Source: an uncultured Chloroflexia bacterium
GTDB lineage: Bacteria; Chloroflexota; Ktedonobacteria; Ktedonobacterales; JADMIN01
Reading direction: 5' to 3'
NCBI GenBank assembly: GCA_963718915.1
Contig: CAVRAI010000013.1
Coordinates: 1 to 32,000, forward strand
DNA: 32,000 nt
Position 1 is the first letter of the stretch. The number at the start of each line of letters is the position of its first letter. Below the pieces are notes generated by a model. The model saw only the letters and a program-made list of their open reading frames with translations, was not told the DNA's origin and did not search any database. Below, piece after piece: positions 15,424 through 25,942 of this stretch. A program made the translations under genes and the position numbers.

Positions 15424-15740
15424 ATGATCCTCACGACCGTCAGAATCGAGCGGCCACAGGGTACGACCGTCGCCTCGGGTGTGCCGGTGCAGATAGATCA
15501 GGCGAGCACAGACGAACGGTTAGAGTTCGAGGGCGCGCGGCCCTACGACGTCTTCGCCCTGTACACCCTCTGGCCTCCCATCTCGCCCGCCATCATCCGA
15601 CGACGGGATGTCCTGGTGGATGAGAGCAATATCGATAGTGAGACAGGAACCAACGCCAAGTATCGCGTGAGTCGGGATTGGTTGAGACGTTCGCTGATGA
15701 TCATCAAGAGATGCTGGTTGAGAGGGTGGTAGGCGCATGA
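15424..15740 (+). pseudogene. Head-closure / head-tail joining-like protein, frame slip near 15668
   Basis: ATG 15424 follows GGAGGGGA; MILTTVRIERPQGTTVASGVPVQIDQASTDERLEFEGARPYDVF.. After the slip the frame reads ..GLVETFADDHQEMLVERVVGA and stops at TGA 15738-15740, overlapping the portal ATG (ATGA). Confidence 0.45.
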
Positions 15741-17152
15741 GCAGCAAGAACAGACGTTCTAATCGCAGACAGGTCGGCGCTCCTGCCATGTCAGCGTCTC
15801 GTCCTCATCCTCCATCCCATCCTCCATCCATGCCACCCGTTCAGAATAACGCCAACCTGTTTGGCGCGAATGGCGGCGCTACGAACCTCAGCAACGGCAG
15901 CATGTTCCCGCCAGGTGAGCCGATACGACCGACAGCGGGGATCGTCCCAGCCGATAACGGGCCACGCCAGTTCGGCTACATGGTCGGCTACAACATTGCC
16001 CAACGTCCACGCGCGACGGAGCAAACCAGCTTTGAGATGCTCAGGAACCTCGCCGCTCTCTACGATGGCGTGCAGCTTTGCGAGCGCGTCTATTTCGATC
16101 TGCTGGGCAGACTGGAACTGAAGGTCGTGCCACGGGAAGATGTGCTGGCCGAAGGCGAAGATGCTCGCGCGCCCAAATGGCGGAATCCAGCCGCCGCCAT
16201 CGAGGGCTTTCTGGAATGCCCGGATAGGGTGCAAGACTTGCGCTCCTGGATGATAGCCTTCACCCGCGACATCCTCGAAATAGACGCCGTGGGCATCTAC
16301 AGACGGCGCACTCGCAACGGCAGCCTCTACTCGCTCGAACTCGTTGCCGGCGATACCCTGAAGCCACTGATCGAGGAGCATGGGCGCACACCTTTGCCAC
16401 CAGACCCCGCCTATCAGCAGTTTGTCTATGGCATCCCTGGTGGCTGGTATACCCTGGATGAACTGGACTACCTCAAAGAAACGGCCAGAACTGAAAGCGT
16501 CTACGGCTTGAGCCGGGTCGAACGGATCATCCTCCGCGTCAATCAGGCGCTGCGCAAACAGGACTTCGACCTCTCCGCTTCACCGATGGCGTGACGCCGC
16601 TCGGCATCATTCAGCCTCCCGCTGATCTCGCCTGGACGCCGGAGCAACTCCAGACCTTTGAGGCAGCATTCAACGGGATGCTTGCGGGCAACGATCAACT
16701 GCGTGTCAGGGCCAAAGCGTTGCCACCAGGCGCGACGTGGCAGAGCCTCGGCGGGGATGATCCACTGGTGGCCTTTGATCGCTACCTGCTCAACGTCACC
16801 GTCGCCGCCTTCGGCCTGAGTATGGATGAACTGGGCTTCACCGAAACCAGCAATCGAAGCGTCGGCGCGTCGCAAGAGGGCGTGATCTATCGCCGCGCCG
16901 TGCAGCCACTGGTGAACCTCGTCGCGGGCTATCTCACGCGGGTGGTCAGGAAAGAGATAGACCCTCGCTTCACCGTCACCTTCGGCGGATTCGAGGAGCC
17001 AGAAGACTTCGCCGCACAGCGCCGAAGCATTCGCCCGGCTCATCCCCACCGGCGCGATCTCGCCAAGTCAGGCAGCCAGACTGCTCAGGATTCCGACTGA
17101 TCGTGAAGTACCCGCGTATGTCCTGACGCGCGCGGTGTGTGCTGGTGGATGA
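15737..17152 (+). pseudogene. Portal protein (HK97/SPP1-type), at least two frame disruptions (~16575, ~17020)
   Basis: ORFs 15737..16594 and 16591..17100 join if one C is restored (D-L-S-R-F-T-D-G-V-T-P-L-G). A third frame gives a typical portal C-terminus, ..AEAFARLIPTGAISPSQAARLLRIPTDREVPAYVLT.., ending at 17150-17152. Confidence 0.85.
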
Positions 17153-17288
17153 CCTCTCAATGGCGGGACACAGACGGTGATTCAGCCGCCAGTGAGTGGC
17201 GCTGATAGTGATGCAGTAGGGCAGCCGATAAGCCGACGAGGGCAACGCAGCTGCCAGTACCGGGGCCGGAGCATAGCGAGAACGTGAT

Positions 17289-17949
17289 ATGACAGCGCGA
17301 AAGAGCCAACAAAGAGAGAGCGCGAGGCGATAGCCGAGCCAACAACGGTGGAGCAGCAGCAAGCAGACGGCAGAATGTTCCGTCAGAAACTTACGTGCGC
17401 GCGTATGGGAGCTGCATCTGCGCGGCGTCCCGAAGACGCGGATAGCGCGGATGGTTGGCATCCATGATCGTAGACGGTGAGCGAAGATCATCCAGCAGTG
17501 CTATGCCGAGATGCGCCGATGAGCGCAAGCGGTCACACGCGCGCAAGCTCGATGGGGCAGTCGGTCGGATGCGGCGACTGCAAGAGCAGGCGTGGGCTGA
17601 CCATGACGAGGACGATCAGCGGGAACGTCAGGCGCTATCACTTGGGTCAACAGGTCAGCAGCCATCCGACGGCAAAGCAGACGGCAAGGACGCCAGACAA
17701 TCCAGCGGGCCATCTGTCTCCATACGGTTCCAGAGCCAGCGCAGCCAGTATCTGCGCATCATCCTCGACGCCGAGAAGGAGATCGCGCGCCTTGAAGGGC
17801 TGTACGATGGCCTGCTTGACGTAGACGGCGCTGTAGGGTTCGTGGTAATAAGACGCGACCAAAACGACCAAGGCGGGCTGCTGCCCTCCTCCGCAACGCA
17901 CAGGGCCATCCTGCCACCCTCGGAGAACCCAGCGGACGGTGCATCGTGA
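17289..17949 (+). pseudogene. terS: Small terminase subunit candidate, several frame disruptions
   Basis: Its position is immediately upstream of TerL with a GTGA overlap. An HTH-like piece RARVWELHLRGVPKTRIARMVGIHDR, ..KIIQQCYAEMRR.. and the coiled-coil QYLRIILDAEKEIARLEGLYDGLL lie in different frames. Confidence 0.4.
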
Positions 17950-19301
17950 CTACCGCACAGTACAGAGCGCGGCGTGCGCCAGTGAGAAAGCCGCAAGGCA
18001 AAGGGAACCTGGAGTTCCAGTTGAACCCGCGCCAGTACGATTTCGTCTTCTCGCCGCGCGGTTCTAGCTTCTACGTCGGGGGACGTGGCGCGGGTAAGAG
18101 TTACGCGGGTGCGCTACGGGCCATCATCCACAGCCAGGAGTTGGCAGGTCAGCCTGGGACTGGTCGGCGCGCCCACCTACCCCATGCTGCGGGATGCCGC
18201 GCAACGGATGTTCTTCGAGCTGTGCCCACCCGCGCTGGTCGCTCGGCACAACAAGACCGAGAATGTCACCGTCATGCGCAACGGCTCAGAGATCCTCTGG
18301 CGTCCAGCCTATGAATACGACAGATACCGGGGACTCAACCTCGCCTGGTTCTGGCTGGATGAAGCGCCGTGGTGCGGCTACGACGCCTGGCAGATCCTCA
18401 AAGCGACGCTACGCCAGTCGGGCTACCAGACGGCAGCCTGGGCCACCGGCACTCCACGCGGGCAGAGATGGCTACGCCAGAGACTTCGAGCTGGCCCCGC
18501 AGGAGAACCAAGCCTGTACCGGGCCAGTACACGAGCCAACGCGCACAACTTGCCAGCGGGGTTCATCACTGACCTGGGCTATAGCGGAGCCTTCGCCGAT
18601 CAGGAGATCGAAGGGCTGTTCGTCGCCTTCGACGGATTGGTCTACCAGTTGGACGCCACGGAGAACGGGCAATCTGCGCACAGGCGCAACCGGACGGCTG
18701 ACTATAACCGGGTCATTGGTGGTATCGACTGGGGCTACACCAACCCGACCGCTCTCTTGGTCTTTGGCCTCGACGGCGACAAACGCGCCTGGCAACTGGA
18801 CGAGTTCTATCAGCGCCGGGCCAGCCAGGAAGAAGTCGTACGGCCAGCGTTGGTCAAGCTCACCAGGCAGTACAACGTGGCCGTCTGGTACGCCGACGCC
18901 GCTGATCCCGAAGCGATAGATGGGGCCAACAACGCCCTGGCTCGAGCTGGGCTACAGTGCCGCGTACGCGCCGTCCAGAAGGGCGCTGGCAGCGTCAGGG
19001 CGGGCATCCAGACCGTTACATCGTTGCTCGCGCAGAGAGGCGACGGGACACGCGGACTCTACGTTGACCCAGGTGTGTCAACACCATCGCCGAGTTTGGC
19101 AGTTACGCCTACGCCACGATGGAACGGGCGAAGCGCGATGCCGCTGAGGAACCGATCAAGCAGAGCGATCACGCGCTCGACGCATTGCGCTACGCGCTGC
19201 ATACGGAGCTTGGGCAGGCGACGGCGGTGGAGGCGTATCTCCACGAGATGGGCAGACTGGTGAAGCCGAAACCAGAGACACCGGAGGGCTATTTCAGATG
19301 A
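17946..19301 (+). pseudogene. terL: Large terminase subunit, two frame disruptions (~18153, ~19069)
   Basis: Walker A FYVGGRGAGKSYAG lies in ORF 17946..18314. ORF 18085..19263 carries LGLVGAPTYPMLRD, Walker B LAWFWLDEAPW and nuclease motifs GIDWGYTNPTALLVFG and WYADAADPEAI. The C-terminal motif CVNTIAEFGSYAY..EPIKQSDHALDALRYALH lies in ORF 19119..19301. Confidence 0.9.
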
Positions 19302-19888
19302 GCATGCGATCACAACTAACGACAGCAGGCAGTCGCACAGCAGCAGTCACACCAGCTCAACGAGCGGCGCAGAAGGTACACGTAGAAGTGACCGGTGTTT
19401 CAGGCAACGGCGAGTTCATGGCAGCACGGTGGATTGCTGGGCAGACGCCGAACTGATGGCGCGGCACCCACTCGACGGATCGCCATGGACGCGGCTACCC
19501 ACAATCAACGGTGGTCGGACTATACCGGCAGCGGGCATCGGACGCGCACGGAGAGAACCTGCATGGCATACTATGGCTCGCCTGACGGGATCAGCGCGCA
19601 CAAGCTGGACGCAGCAAGGCGCAGGTCGTGAAGTCGTGACACGGACGAGATCACGCTGGCATCGTCCGCACGAGGCCATCAAAGAGGCGATGCTGGCGGG
19701 CCAGACGTCATCGCCTACCTGGGCCGGGCGCACTGGCTCCCTACAACGAGCGGGGCGTCTACGGCCACTTCATTGCGTTGGGTGGCATCGATAGCGACCT
19801 GGGCTATCTGGTCGGTGGCGACGACGTGAACGCGTGGGCGGCCATGGGACGATTGGGTCATACCCGTGGCGGTGGTATGGCTGGATGA
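19298..19888 (+). pseudogene. Papain-like (C39/NlpC-type) cysteine peptidase region, lysis candidate, heavily frame-disrupted
   Basis: ATG 19298 overlaps the TerL stop (ATGA). Pieces in three frames: ..GNGEFMAA.., ..VDCWADAELMARHPLDG.., ..EAIKEAMLAG(R)PVIAYLG.. and ..NERGVYGHFIALGGIDSDLGYLVGGDDVNAW.. (Cys...His layout). Confidence 0.35.
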
Positions 19889-19965
19889 GTCGGTCGCGGC
19901 GGGAAACGGCATGATCGCCATAGCGAAAGTGTGGGTGGGGACTAAGATGCCCAAGGTGCGCGAAC

Positions 19966-20436
19966 GTGAGCAACATTCCGACTGGCTGGAAAGACGACGG
20001 GAAGACACTGGTGGCGCCCAACGGTGTGCCGGTGGTGCATGGGTTCCGCGACTATATCATGGCGCGTTCGTGGGCGGCGAATAATACGCCGCTGGCCGCG
20101 GAGCAGAGCATCACCAGCGGGAGCATCGAGCCGGGGAATGCTGCGGTTGGGTGCGGGTAGCCGACAAGATTTCCGGTTTACCTGCCTCGGCTGGACGCAG
20201 GCGTGGAATGTCTACGAGATCGCGGTGGGCCAAGACATCCGCGCGCTGGAGCAGCAGCTGGCCGCAGCCAATGCCCACGTCGCGCAGTTGGAGCAGCAGG
20301 TCGCTACTCTTGTCACATCTCGCCAGCGCCAGTGCCAGTCGTAACGCCGCCAGACCCCAAAGCGATTGAGGCGTTAGCGGCGTTAGCAGAGTTAGCGAAG
20401 GCGCTCAAGTTGGTCACACCATTGGTGGCTGCGTAG
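19966..20436 (+). pseudogene. Hypothetical late protein (globular N-terminus, coiled coil, hydrophobic C-terminus); two frame slips (~20155, ~20335)
   Basis: GTG 19966 follows AAGGTG; MSNIPTGWKDDGKTLVAPNGVPVVHGFRDYIMARSW.. It continues as ..FRFTCLGWTQAWNVYEIAVGQDIRALEQQLAAANAHVAQLEQQVATLV.. and then ..PVPVVTPPDPKAIEALAALAELAKALKLVTPLVAA. Confidence 0.45.
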
Positions 20437-20755
20437 ACGCTCGCCGCTGGTCGAGATAGAAGCGTTGGAGCATCATCAGGCACCAGACGCTGTAGATCGT
20501 GGCGCAGACGGCGAGAGGTTGCTTAGCTTGGGGCTTTTGCTGCCAGGGCCAGCGGCGGCGCTTCTGCTGAGGCGACTGCGCGGCTGGGAGAACCGCTGGC
20601 GTCTCGGGCGCTGCCCCAGATGCGGTATTGCCTGCGACGAGGGAAGCCAGGTTGCTAGCGACGACGCGGGCACTATCCACCGCGCCGATCTCCTGGAAGA
20701 TGGCGAGCGCCCAGCGCTTGCCATGCGGAGTTCTCTGGGCCTTGCAAGGAGGCAT
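20414..20755 (-). CDS. Possible membrane-anchored hypothetical protein (113 aa)
   Basis: Internal ATG 20755 of ORF 20414..20965; ..KRWALAIFQEIGAVDSARVVASNLASLVAGN.. and a C-terminal TM-like segment PLAVCATIYSVWCLMML. No clear SD. Confidence 0.3.
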   Translation of the reverse strand: MPPCKAQRTPHGKRWALAIFQEIGAVDSARVVASNLASLVAGNTASGAAPETPAVLPAAQSPQQKRRRWPWQQKPQAKQPLAVCATIYSVWCLMMLQRFYLDQRRASTQPPMV

Positions 20756-20829
20756 TGCACGGGGTACACTCACGCCTGCGGTCCCCAGGGGAGTCTTGGG
20801 CGGCTTGCCAACGTTCAGAGGAGAGCGAA

Positions 20830-21114
20830 ATGTACGGAACCGTCGCGCGCATGCGCGTGAAACCCGGTATGGTGAGTCAGTTTCAAGAATGGATGCGCCA
20901 GGAGGAAGCCAGATCAGTTCCGGGGTACAAGACCAGCTACACGTATCAGATGGACACCGATGCAACCACCATGTTTGTCGCCATAGTGTTCGGGAGTCGT
21001 GAAGCCTATGTGGCGAATGCGCAAAGCCCCCAGATGGATACGCGCTACCACGAGCTGCTCGCCCTGCTGGAGGAACCTCCCGAGTGGCATGACGGGCAGA
21101 TCATCTATCCGTAG
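20830..21114 (+). CDS. ABM/Dabb-like small monooxygenase-fold protein (94 aa)
   Basis: ATG 20830 follows GGAGAG; MYGTVARMRVKPGMVSQFQEWMRQEEARSVPGYKTSYTYQMDTDATTMFVAIVFGSREAY.. Confidence 0.6.
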   Translation: MYGTVARMRVKPGMVSQFQEWMRQEEARSVPGYKTSYTYQMDTDATTMFVAIVFGSREAYVANAQSPQMDTRYHELLALLEEPPEWHDGQIIYP

Positions 21115-21241
21115 GGGTAAGCTCCCTTGTGCTGGGTAGCACGCCCATGAGACGCGACCCACTATCCACCAGCCTCCCAAAGCGACTGCTCCGAGAATCG
21201 CATCTCATGAGCTTCTCGGAGCATCACCGTACGCGGTAGGG

Positions 21242-21471
21242 TTATCGATCCTGACACACATCGAGCACCTTCCGCTTATTCTCCGGATACTGGCAGTGGG
21301 CGCCGCTTCGTAGTACGGCTCGAAGACCTGGTGATCGGTGTTGAGTATGCGAGCGCAGTGGAGAGCTACGGCGGGTGAAGCCAGGGCGCTCCGCTCATCA
21401 GCACCGCGTAAGACAGGGGCGCCCTTTGTCCGACCTTCCCTGAAGGACAGTGACCAGCCTATCACCCTCAC
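21242..21471 (-). pseudogene. Degenerate paralogue of the 27928..28197 small protein (frame slip near 21290)
   Basis: ORF 21205..21471 gives ..ILNTDHQVFEPYYEAAPTAS. The next frame gives YPENKRKVLDVCQDR with a stop at 21242-21244. Compare ..VETADHQIFELYFEATPRVSIPDNKRWMLDVCQD in the intact copy. Confidence 0.55.
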
Positions 21472-21632
21472 ATCACAGTCGTATCACATTATTGTCGCGG
21501 CACCTGCTGCTGCTTACTATTTACCAGACCACTCAGCAAGTATACGTATACTTTATTGCGTATGGCGAGTATACTGAAGTAAAATTCGCGGCCGTTCCTT
21601 GTCACCTTCGCTTGGCGTCAAAGGAGCACCCT

Positions 21633-21938
21633 ATGCAGCCGCACCTCGAATACAAGGATCTCACTATTCCTCTTGGTATCCGGATTACTCCTATGCGCAC
21701 CAGGCTCTACGAGGGACAGTGGCATGCAACGGCAGCTATCGAGGCAGAGCCGATCATCCGGAGATATGTGGCGGACGCGCGTCGTGACGGCTGGGAGCCA
21801 GAGATGCCAACCGATTTTCTGCTGCTCGTCACGCAGGGCAGGGTGCACTATGTCGCCAAGTATGGGGCGATCACTGCTGAGTGGAAGTACACCGATTACA
21901 TCTTCGCCACAATTACCCTGCAGCGCGTCGTTTCATGA
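21633..21938 (+). CDS. Hypothetical protein (101 aa)
   Basis: ATG 21633 follows AAGGAG; normal composition. The AT-richer upstream region contains the palindrome GTATACGTATAC (21540-21551). Confidence 0.65.
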   Translation: MQPHLEYKDLTIPLGIRITPMRTRLYEGQWHATAAIEAEPIIRRYVADARRDGWEPEMPTDFLLLVTQGRVHYVAKYGAITAEWKYTDYIFATITLQRVVS

Positions 21939-22279
21939 TGGCTCATCTGCCACGAGACTATTCGTAGTATGCGGTATTCGACGAGCACCTCAGCGCTAGG
22001 AGATGTTGTGCTCTAGGGGTCACGACCTTTGCCGAGCAGAAGTTCGCGCCAACGTCCTCGTGACGTAGAGTCGCGATCCAGTGTCCAACAGCGATCCTTC
22101 AGGCGCGGCATTATCGAATAATACCGCGTCGCCTCATACTGTTGTAGAATGGCGACGGCTATTCTCGCGCACTCAGGCACGCTCTGGACGGCTGCGGAAT
22201 CTGCTACGGTGTTCCGCCGCGTCCTACAATACCTTGTCTTACCTTGCCGCCATCCTGAAATAGAGGGGAGAAACACACG

Positions 22280-22750
22280 ATGGGCTTAAGCGTCTGTCCC
22301 ACCGCAGTCGTCGCTGCCCCGGTCGAGGTGGTCTGGGAGAACCTCGTCCAATGGGAACGCTATGCTGACTGGGCCAATGTGCAGGTAGAACGTATTGAGC
22401 CGGAAGGCCCGATCTCTGTAGGCCAGGCCATCTCCTTCACGGGAAAAGCCCTTGGCCGCACCTGGCGCTTCACCTTCACGGTTGAAGCGGTCGATCCCGA
22501 AAGACACCAGCTTGGTCTGCATGTTGTTTTCCCCTTCGGACTGCAAGAGAAACCACACATTGCCTGCGATCCCATCGATGCGACCAGTTGTCGCGTCCAA
22601 TATGGCTGAGACTTCATCTTCCCCCCAGGCTGGTGGGGTTGGCTCCTCGAAACTTTTGGCGCGAAACAAATCGCTGCCAGCGTAGATGATTCCTTACGGC
22701 GCCTCAAGCGCGCCTCCGAAAGGCAATATCAGCAAGCGCAGGCGAAATGA
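22280..22750 (+). pseudogene. SRPBCC (polyketide-cyclase/START-like) protein interrupted by an in-frame TGA at 22607-22609
   Basis: ORF 22280..22609 (..VVAAPVEVVWENLVQWERYADWANVQVERIEP..). The same frame continues after the TGA as DFIFPPGWWGWLLETFGAKQIAASVDDSLRRLKRASE.. to TGA 22748-22750, giving a typical ~156-aa length. Confidence 0.7.
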
Positions 22751-22765
22751 ACTAGACGCTACGCG

Positions 22766-22819
22766 GTCGCATCAGAGTCGCATCAGAGTCGCATCAGAGT
22801 CGCATCAGAGTCGCATCAT
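22766..22819. repeat. Tandem repeat GTCGCATCAGA, 11-bp unit x ~5
   Basis: Read directly. Confidence 0.9.
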
Positions 22820-22894
22820 ACCGGTGGAGAATGACATCTTCTTTGCAGGGCGGGCTCGTGGCTAGACGGGGCAGTGCCGTTTCTATTCGGTGGG

Positions 22895-23491
22895 CTACAA
22901 GGACGGAAGCGCCTGTCGAGCCAGGCCCTCAGCTCCACTGAGCATGGAACTTCCATCTGGATTGACGCCTAACAAGGTCATCACTAAGAGCACATTACCC
23001 GTGAGCACAGACAGCTGAAGGGTACCCACATTACTGGCCTTCACTGCCCAGAAGGCGGAGTCGCCCAGCCCGCTCAGATCGGTTTCCGTTTCACCTCGGC
23101 TAGCGTCATCCTGCTTGTTCGTGGCGTAGGCGGATGATCCGTTGGTGGCAAACAGATAGCTGATCTCCGCTGCCACATGCGTGCCACTGCCAGTGGCCGG
23201 GAGATACGTGCAGTTGGCCGCTTTCTCCCCATTCCCGGTGGTGATCGAGCGCGCGACTTTACTGATGGTGGCGCCTACGACTGCGCTGACCTGGCCAAAC
23301 GGCATCAGATCATAGAGTCCCGTGTTCGCTGTGATGGTGGATCCGGTAGATCCGGTGGCGTGGCTGGCAGTTGCGCCAGCGACGGGAGAACTCGTCAAGG
23401 ATGAGGTCGGTGCGCCGCACGCCGCCAGCAGCAAGATGGGTGTGAGGGCAAGCGCGAGTGCGACGCGGCGTGACTGCATCAAGAATCGCAT
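22895..23491 (-). CDS. Lipoprotein (signal peptide with lipobox LLAAC)
   Basis: ORF track 22895..23608. Start moved to ATG 23491, which follows GGAGAGGAGG; MRFLMQSRRVALALALTPILLLAACGAPTSS.. Confidence 0.8.
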   Translation of the reverse strand: MRFLMQSRRVALALALTPILLLAACGAPTSSLTSSPVAGATASHATGSTGSTITANTGLYDLMPFGQVSAVVGATISKVARSITTGNGEKAANCTYLPATGSGTHVAAEISYLFATNGSSAYATNKQDDASRGETETDLSGLGDSAFWAVKASNVGTLQLSVLTGNVLLVMTLLGVNPDGSSMLSGAEGLARQALPSL

Positions 23492-23631
23492 GAGGTCACC
23501 TCCTCTCCAGTATTTGCGAGAGTATGTCATACAATGCAAGCAACTACAGCTAGCCCTCGTTTGAAAAAAACCTGTGTGTTTCGCGCGGTAGCCCGCGTGG
23601 TCCAGCACATATTTTGGGCTTAGGTCGTTTA

Positions 23632-23994
23632 CTACGCTTGATCTGCCGCCTGCGCCTCACGCCCGCGTACATGCGAGCGCAGACCGCCTATCCGTCCAAT
23701 GCGTTCGTAGTGTGCGATACCAAGTCTGTCGCGTGTCGTCTGGCCCCCTCGTCGTCCAATCTCCGCATAGAACTCGGATCCGTGGCGTTCGCGCGCAGTG
23801 CGGCCTCCCTTTGCCCCGATCTTGGCAAAGAAGTCCGGGCCATACTTCTCGCGAACCGCCATCCCCCCGCGACGTGCGTTCTCCGATCCCGGACGTGGTC
23901 CCCGCTGTCGTTTTGGTTGCTCGGGCTTAGTCGCAGTTGCCGGACTACGATTAGCCCCAGTTGTCGTCCTAGCGGCTTGCTTCCGTCGTGCCAT
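23632..23994 (-). CDS. KGG-repeat stress-induced protein (GsiB/YciG-like)
   Basis: ORF track, 120 aa. Repeats of the type G..F..IG.KGG: YGPDFFAKIGAKGG, HGSEFYAEIGRRGG, GIAHYERIGRIGG. Confidence 0.8.
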   Translation of the reverse strand: MARRKQAARTTTGANRSPATATKPEQPKRQRGPRPGSENARRGGMAVREKYGPDFFAKIGAKGGRTARERHGSEFYAEIGRRGGQTTRDRLGIAHYERIGRIGGLRSHVRGREAQAADQA

Positions 23995-24077
23995 GAATGT
24001 GCCCCTTCAGTCAGCAAGGCTGAGCAGCGGCTCAGCTCCTGCAATAGAGACTCTTCGGGTAGCAGCAGCACAAATCG

Positions 24078-24099
24078 TCTTCCCAGTGGGGATCGAACC
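24078..24099 (-). other. tRNA 3'-end-like fragment (GGTTCGATCC T-loop + 3' T-stem + acceptor-like strand), not a complete tRNA
   Basis: The minus strand reads ggttcgatccccactgggaaga. The 5' T-stem partner, anticodon arm and 5' acceptor strand cannot be found upstream. Confidence 0.3.
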
Positions 24100-24160
24100 G
24101 CGATGCTCTCTTGCTCGTCTCCATCCTACCAGACAAGTGATGTTCTGGCAACCAGAGCGC

Positions 24161-24189
24161 GATGACCGTCGGCGTGATGACCGTCGGCG
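24161..24189. repeat. Direct repeat GATGACCGTCGGCG x2 (15-bp period)
   Basis: Read directly. Confidence 0.85.
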
Positions 24190-24293
24190 CGATCTGTAGC
24201 AACGCCGGCCGTACCCTCGCTATCAATCCTGGCAAATATCCAGCATCCAGCGCTTACTCTCCGGCGCCTGACTATGGCAGGTTTACGGGCGAC

Positions 24294-24347
24294 GAACGCA
24301 TAGAACGCATAGAACGCATAGAACGCATAGAACGCATAGAACGCATA
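24294..24347. repeat. Tandem repeat GAACGCATA, 9-bp unit x6
   Basis: Read directly. Confidence 0.95.
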
Positions 24348-24489
24348 GCGCAGCCGCGTGCCACCGGAGCTACGAGAGCATCTACGAGTCGTTCTACGGC
24401 TTCTCCCTGGTGTCGGCGGCGCCCATTGGATAGACTCTCGCTAGGTTAAGGTGATCGTTTGTCTGTGCAATCGTCTCAGGAGGGGTTCC

Positions 24490-24879
24490 ATGTCTACGAA
24501 CCACAAGCTTGTCCTCACCCTGGCGTTCCTCGGTACCGCGCTGGGTGTCCTGACGTTCGTGTCGCTCAATCTGCCACTCGGCCTTGGAAATGGATCCAAC
24601 TCGCCCGAAGGCGTATCCGGGTTGGGCTTCCTCATCCTTATCCTCGGCTATCTTGGCGGCGGGGGACTCGTTCTAGCTGGCTGGGTCGTCGCGCTCGTGG
24701 GAACGGCGCAGCTCAAGCGGTGGCGCTGGTTCGGGGGAATGCTGGGCGAAGGCATCGCCTTGTTTGTCCTGTCAAGCCTAATCAGTTTCTACGCCCCCTG
24801 GGTTATCCTCATCTTTCCATTGACGCTTCTAGTCTACGGCTTCGTCGGCCCGAGCACACCCGCCGTAAAGGCAACCTGA
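24490..24879 (+). CDS. Integral membrane protein (129 aa, ~4 TM)
   Basis: ORF track 24451..24879. Start moved to ATG 24490, which follows AGGAGG; MSTNHKLVLTLAFLGTALGVLTFV.. Confidence 0.75.
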   Translation: MSTNHKLVLTLAFLGTALGVLTFVSLNLPLGLGNGSNSPEGVSGLGFLILILGYLGGGGLVLAGWVVALVGTAQLKRWRWFGGMLGEGIALFVLSSLISFYAPWVILIFPLTLLVYGFVGPSTPAVKAT

Positions 24880-25157
24880 AACACACGAGGCGCACTGCTT
24901 GCCCCTCTACGCAGTGAGGGTACGTGCATTTTGGCCGAATTCGCCGACCTGCTCGACATCGACAGGGGTGAGACTCACAAAGAAGTAGATGACGCGATCC
25001 AGGCGAGGTTCTCGACAGTAGAGTGCCTCACAATGCCTGTGGCAGTGGAGTACGCTCGGTCGCGGTTTCTGGTGAGTACCGCCCCGCCAACCGGGAACGG
25101 ACGACGGTCGGCGAGGCTGAAGGCGGGTTGCGATTGGCTCTTCCAGCAGCGAAGCGC

Positions 25158-25942
25158 CTACTCCGCCGTTTCACCACAGGTCACATTGGCGACGGCGCCG
25201 GTCATCGCGCTGGCGCGATCCGACGCCATCAGCACCGCCATATTCGCCACTTCAGCCAGCTTGGGCATCCGTTTCAGCAGCGTTCGCTCTGCCAACTGGG
25301 CCTCGAACGCGTCTCGAGATACGCCAGCCTGCTGGGCCAGATGGCGCATGACCCTGTCCACCACGGGGGCATCCGGCGAACCCGCCGAGCGCAGACAGAC
25401 CACCCGAATGCCCCGCGGACCGAGCTCTCCTGCCAGTTGGCGACACAGTCGCTCGATCGCAGCGCCTATCACACCGAAGTTCCCGCTGTTGGGAAGGAAC
25501 ATGCGGGCGGGTGTGGCGGTGATCGCCAGGATCACGCCCGATCCTGCCTTCAGCATGTGGCGCGCCGCCGCCGTGGTGGTCACGAACTGGGTCTGCATGG
25601 CATCGATGATCCCCAGGGTAAACGCGTCAACCGACATCTCCACCAAGGGGTCGCCCTGGTCGGCTTTGGACGCGATAGCATTGAACGAAATATCGATGCG
25701 CCCCGTCTGCGCTACGATGGCGTTCAGGTGCTCTTCGACGGCCCGCGCGTCGTGCGCGTCAACGGACGCCGCCTGGGCCACTCCCCCGCCTGGGCGATCT
25801 CGCGAGCCAGCGCCTCGAGGGGGGGTCTGGTGCGACCGGCGAGAAAGACCCTCGCCCCCTCGCGGGCAAAGGCGCGGGCCACGGCACTGCCGATGGCGCC
25901 GCCTGCTCCGTAGATGACCGCCGTTTTCTGCTCCAGTAGCAT
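25158..25942 (-). pseudogene. Short-chain dehydrogenase/reductase, frame slip at a C5/G5 run (25783-25787)
   Basis: The N-terminus lies in ORF 25724..26005 (MLLEQKTAVIYGAGGAIGSAVARAFAREGARVFLAGR..EIAQAG). The remainder lies in ORF 25158..26114 (..VAQAASVDAHDARAVEEHLNAIVAQTGRIDISFNAI..). One extra G joins them. AGGAGG sits 8 nt before ATG 25942. Confidence 0.8.

Noticed and set aside
20914-21180. 88-aa minus-strand ORF
   Set aside because: It is antisense to the ABM-like gene 20830..21114.
24070-24165. A complete minus-strand tRNA gene around the GGTTCGATCC motif
   Set aside because: The 5' T-stem (cgcgg) does not pair with cccac, and no anticodon arm or 5' acceptor strand (cttccca) exists upstream. 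Only a 3' fragment is reported.
24931-25917. 328-aa and 296-aa plus-strand ORFs
   Set aside because: They are antisense to the SDR gene (25158..25942), whose Rossmann and catalytic motifs are clear on the minus strand. The translations are Arg/Ser/Ala-rich.
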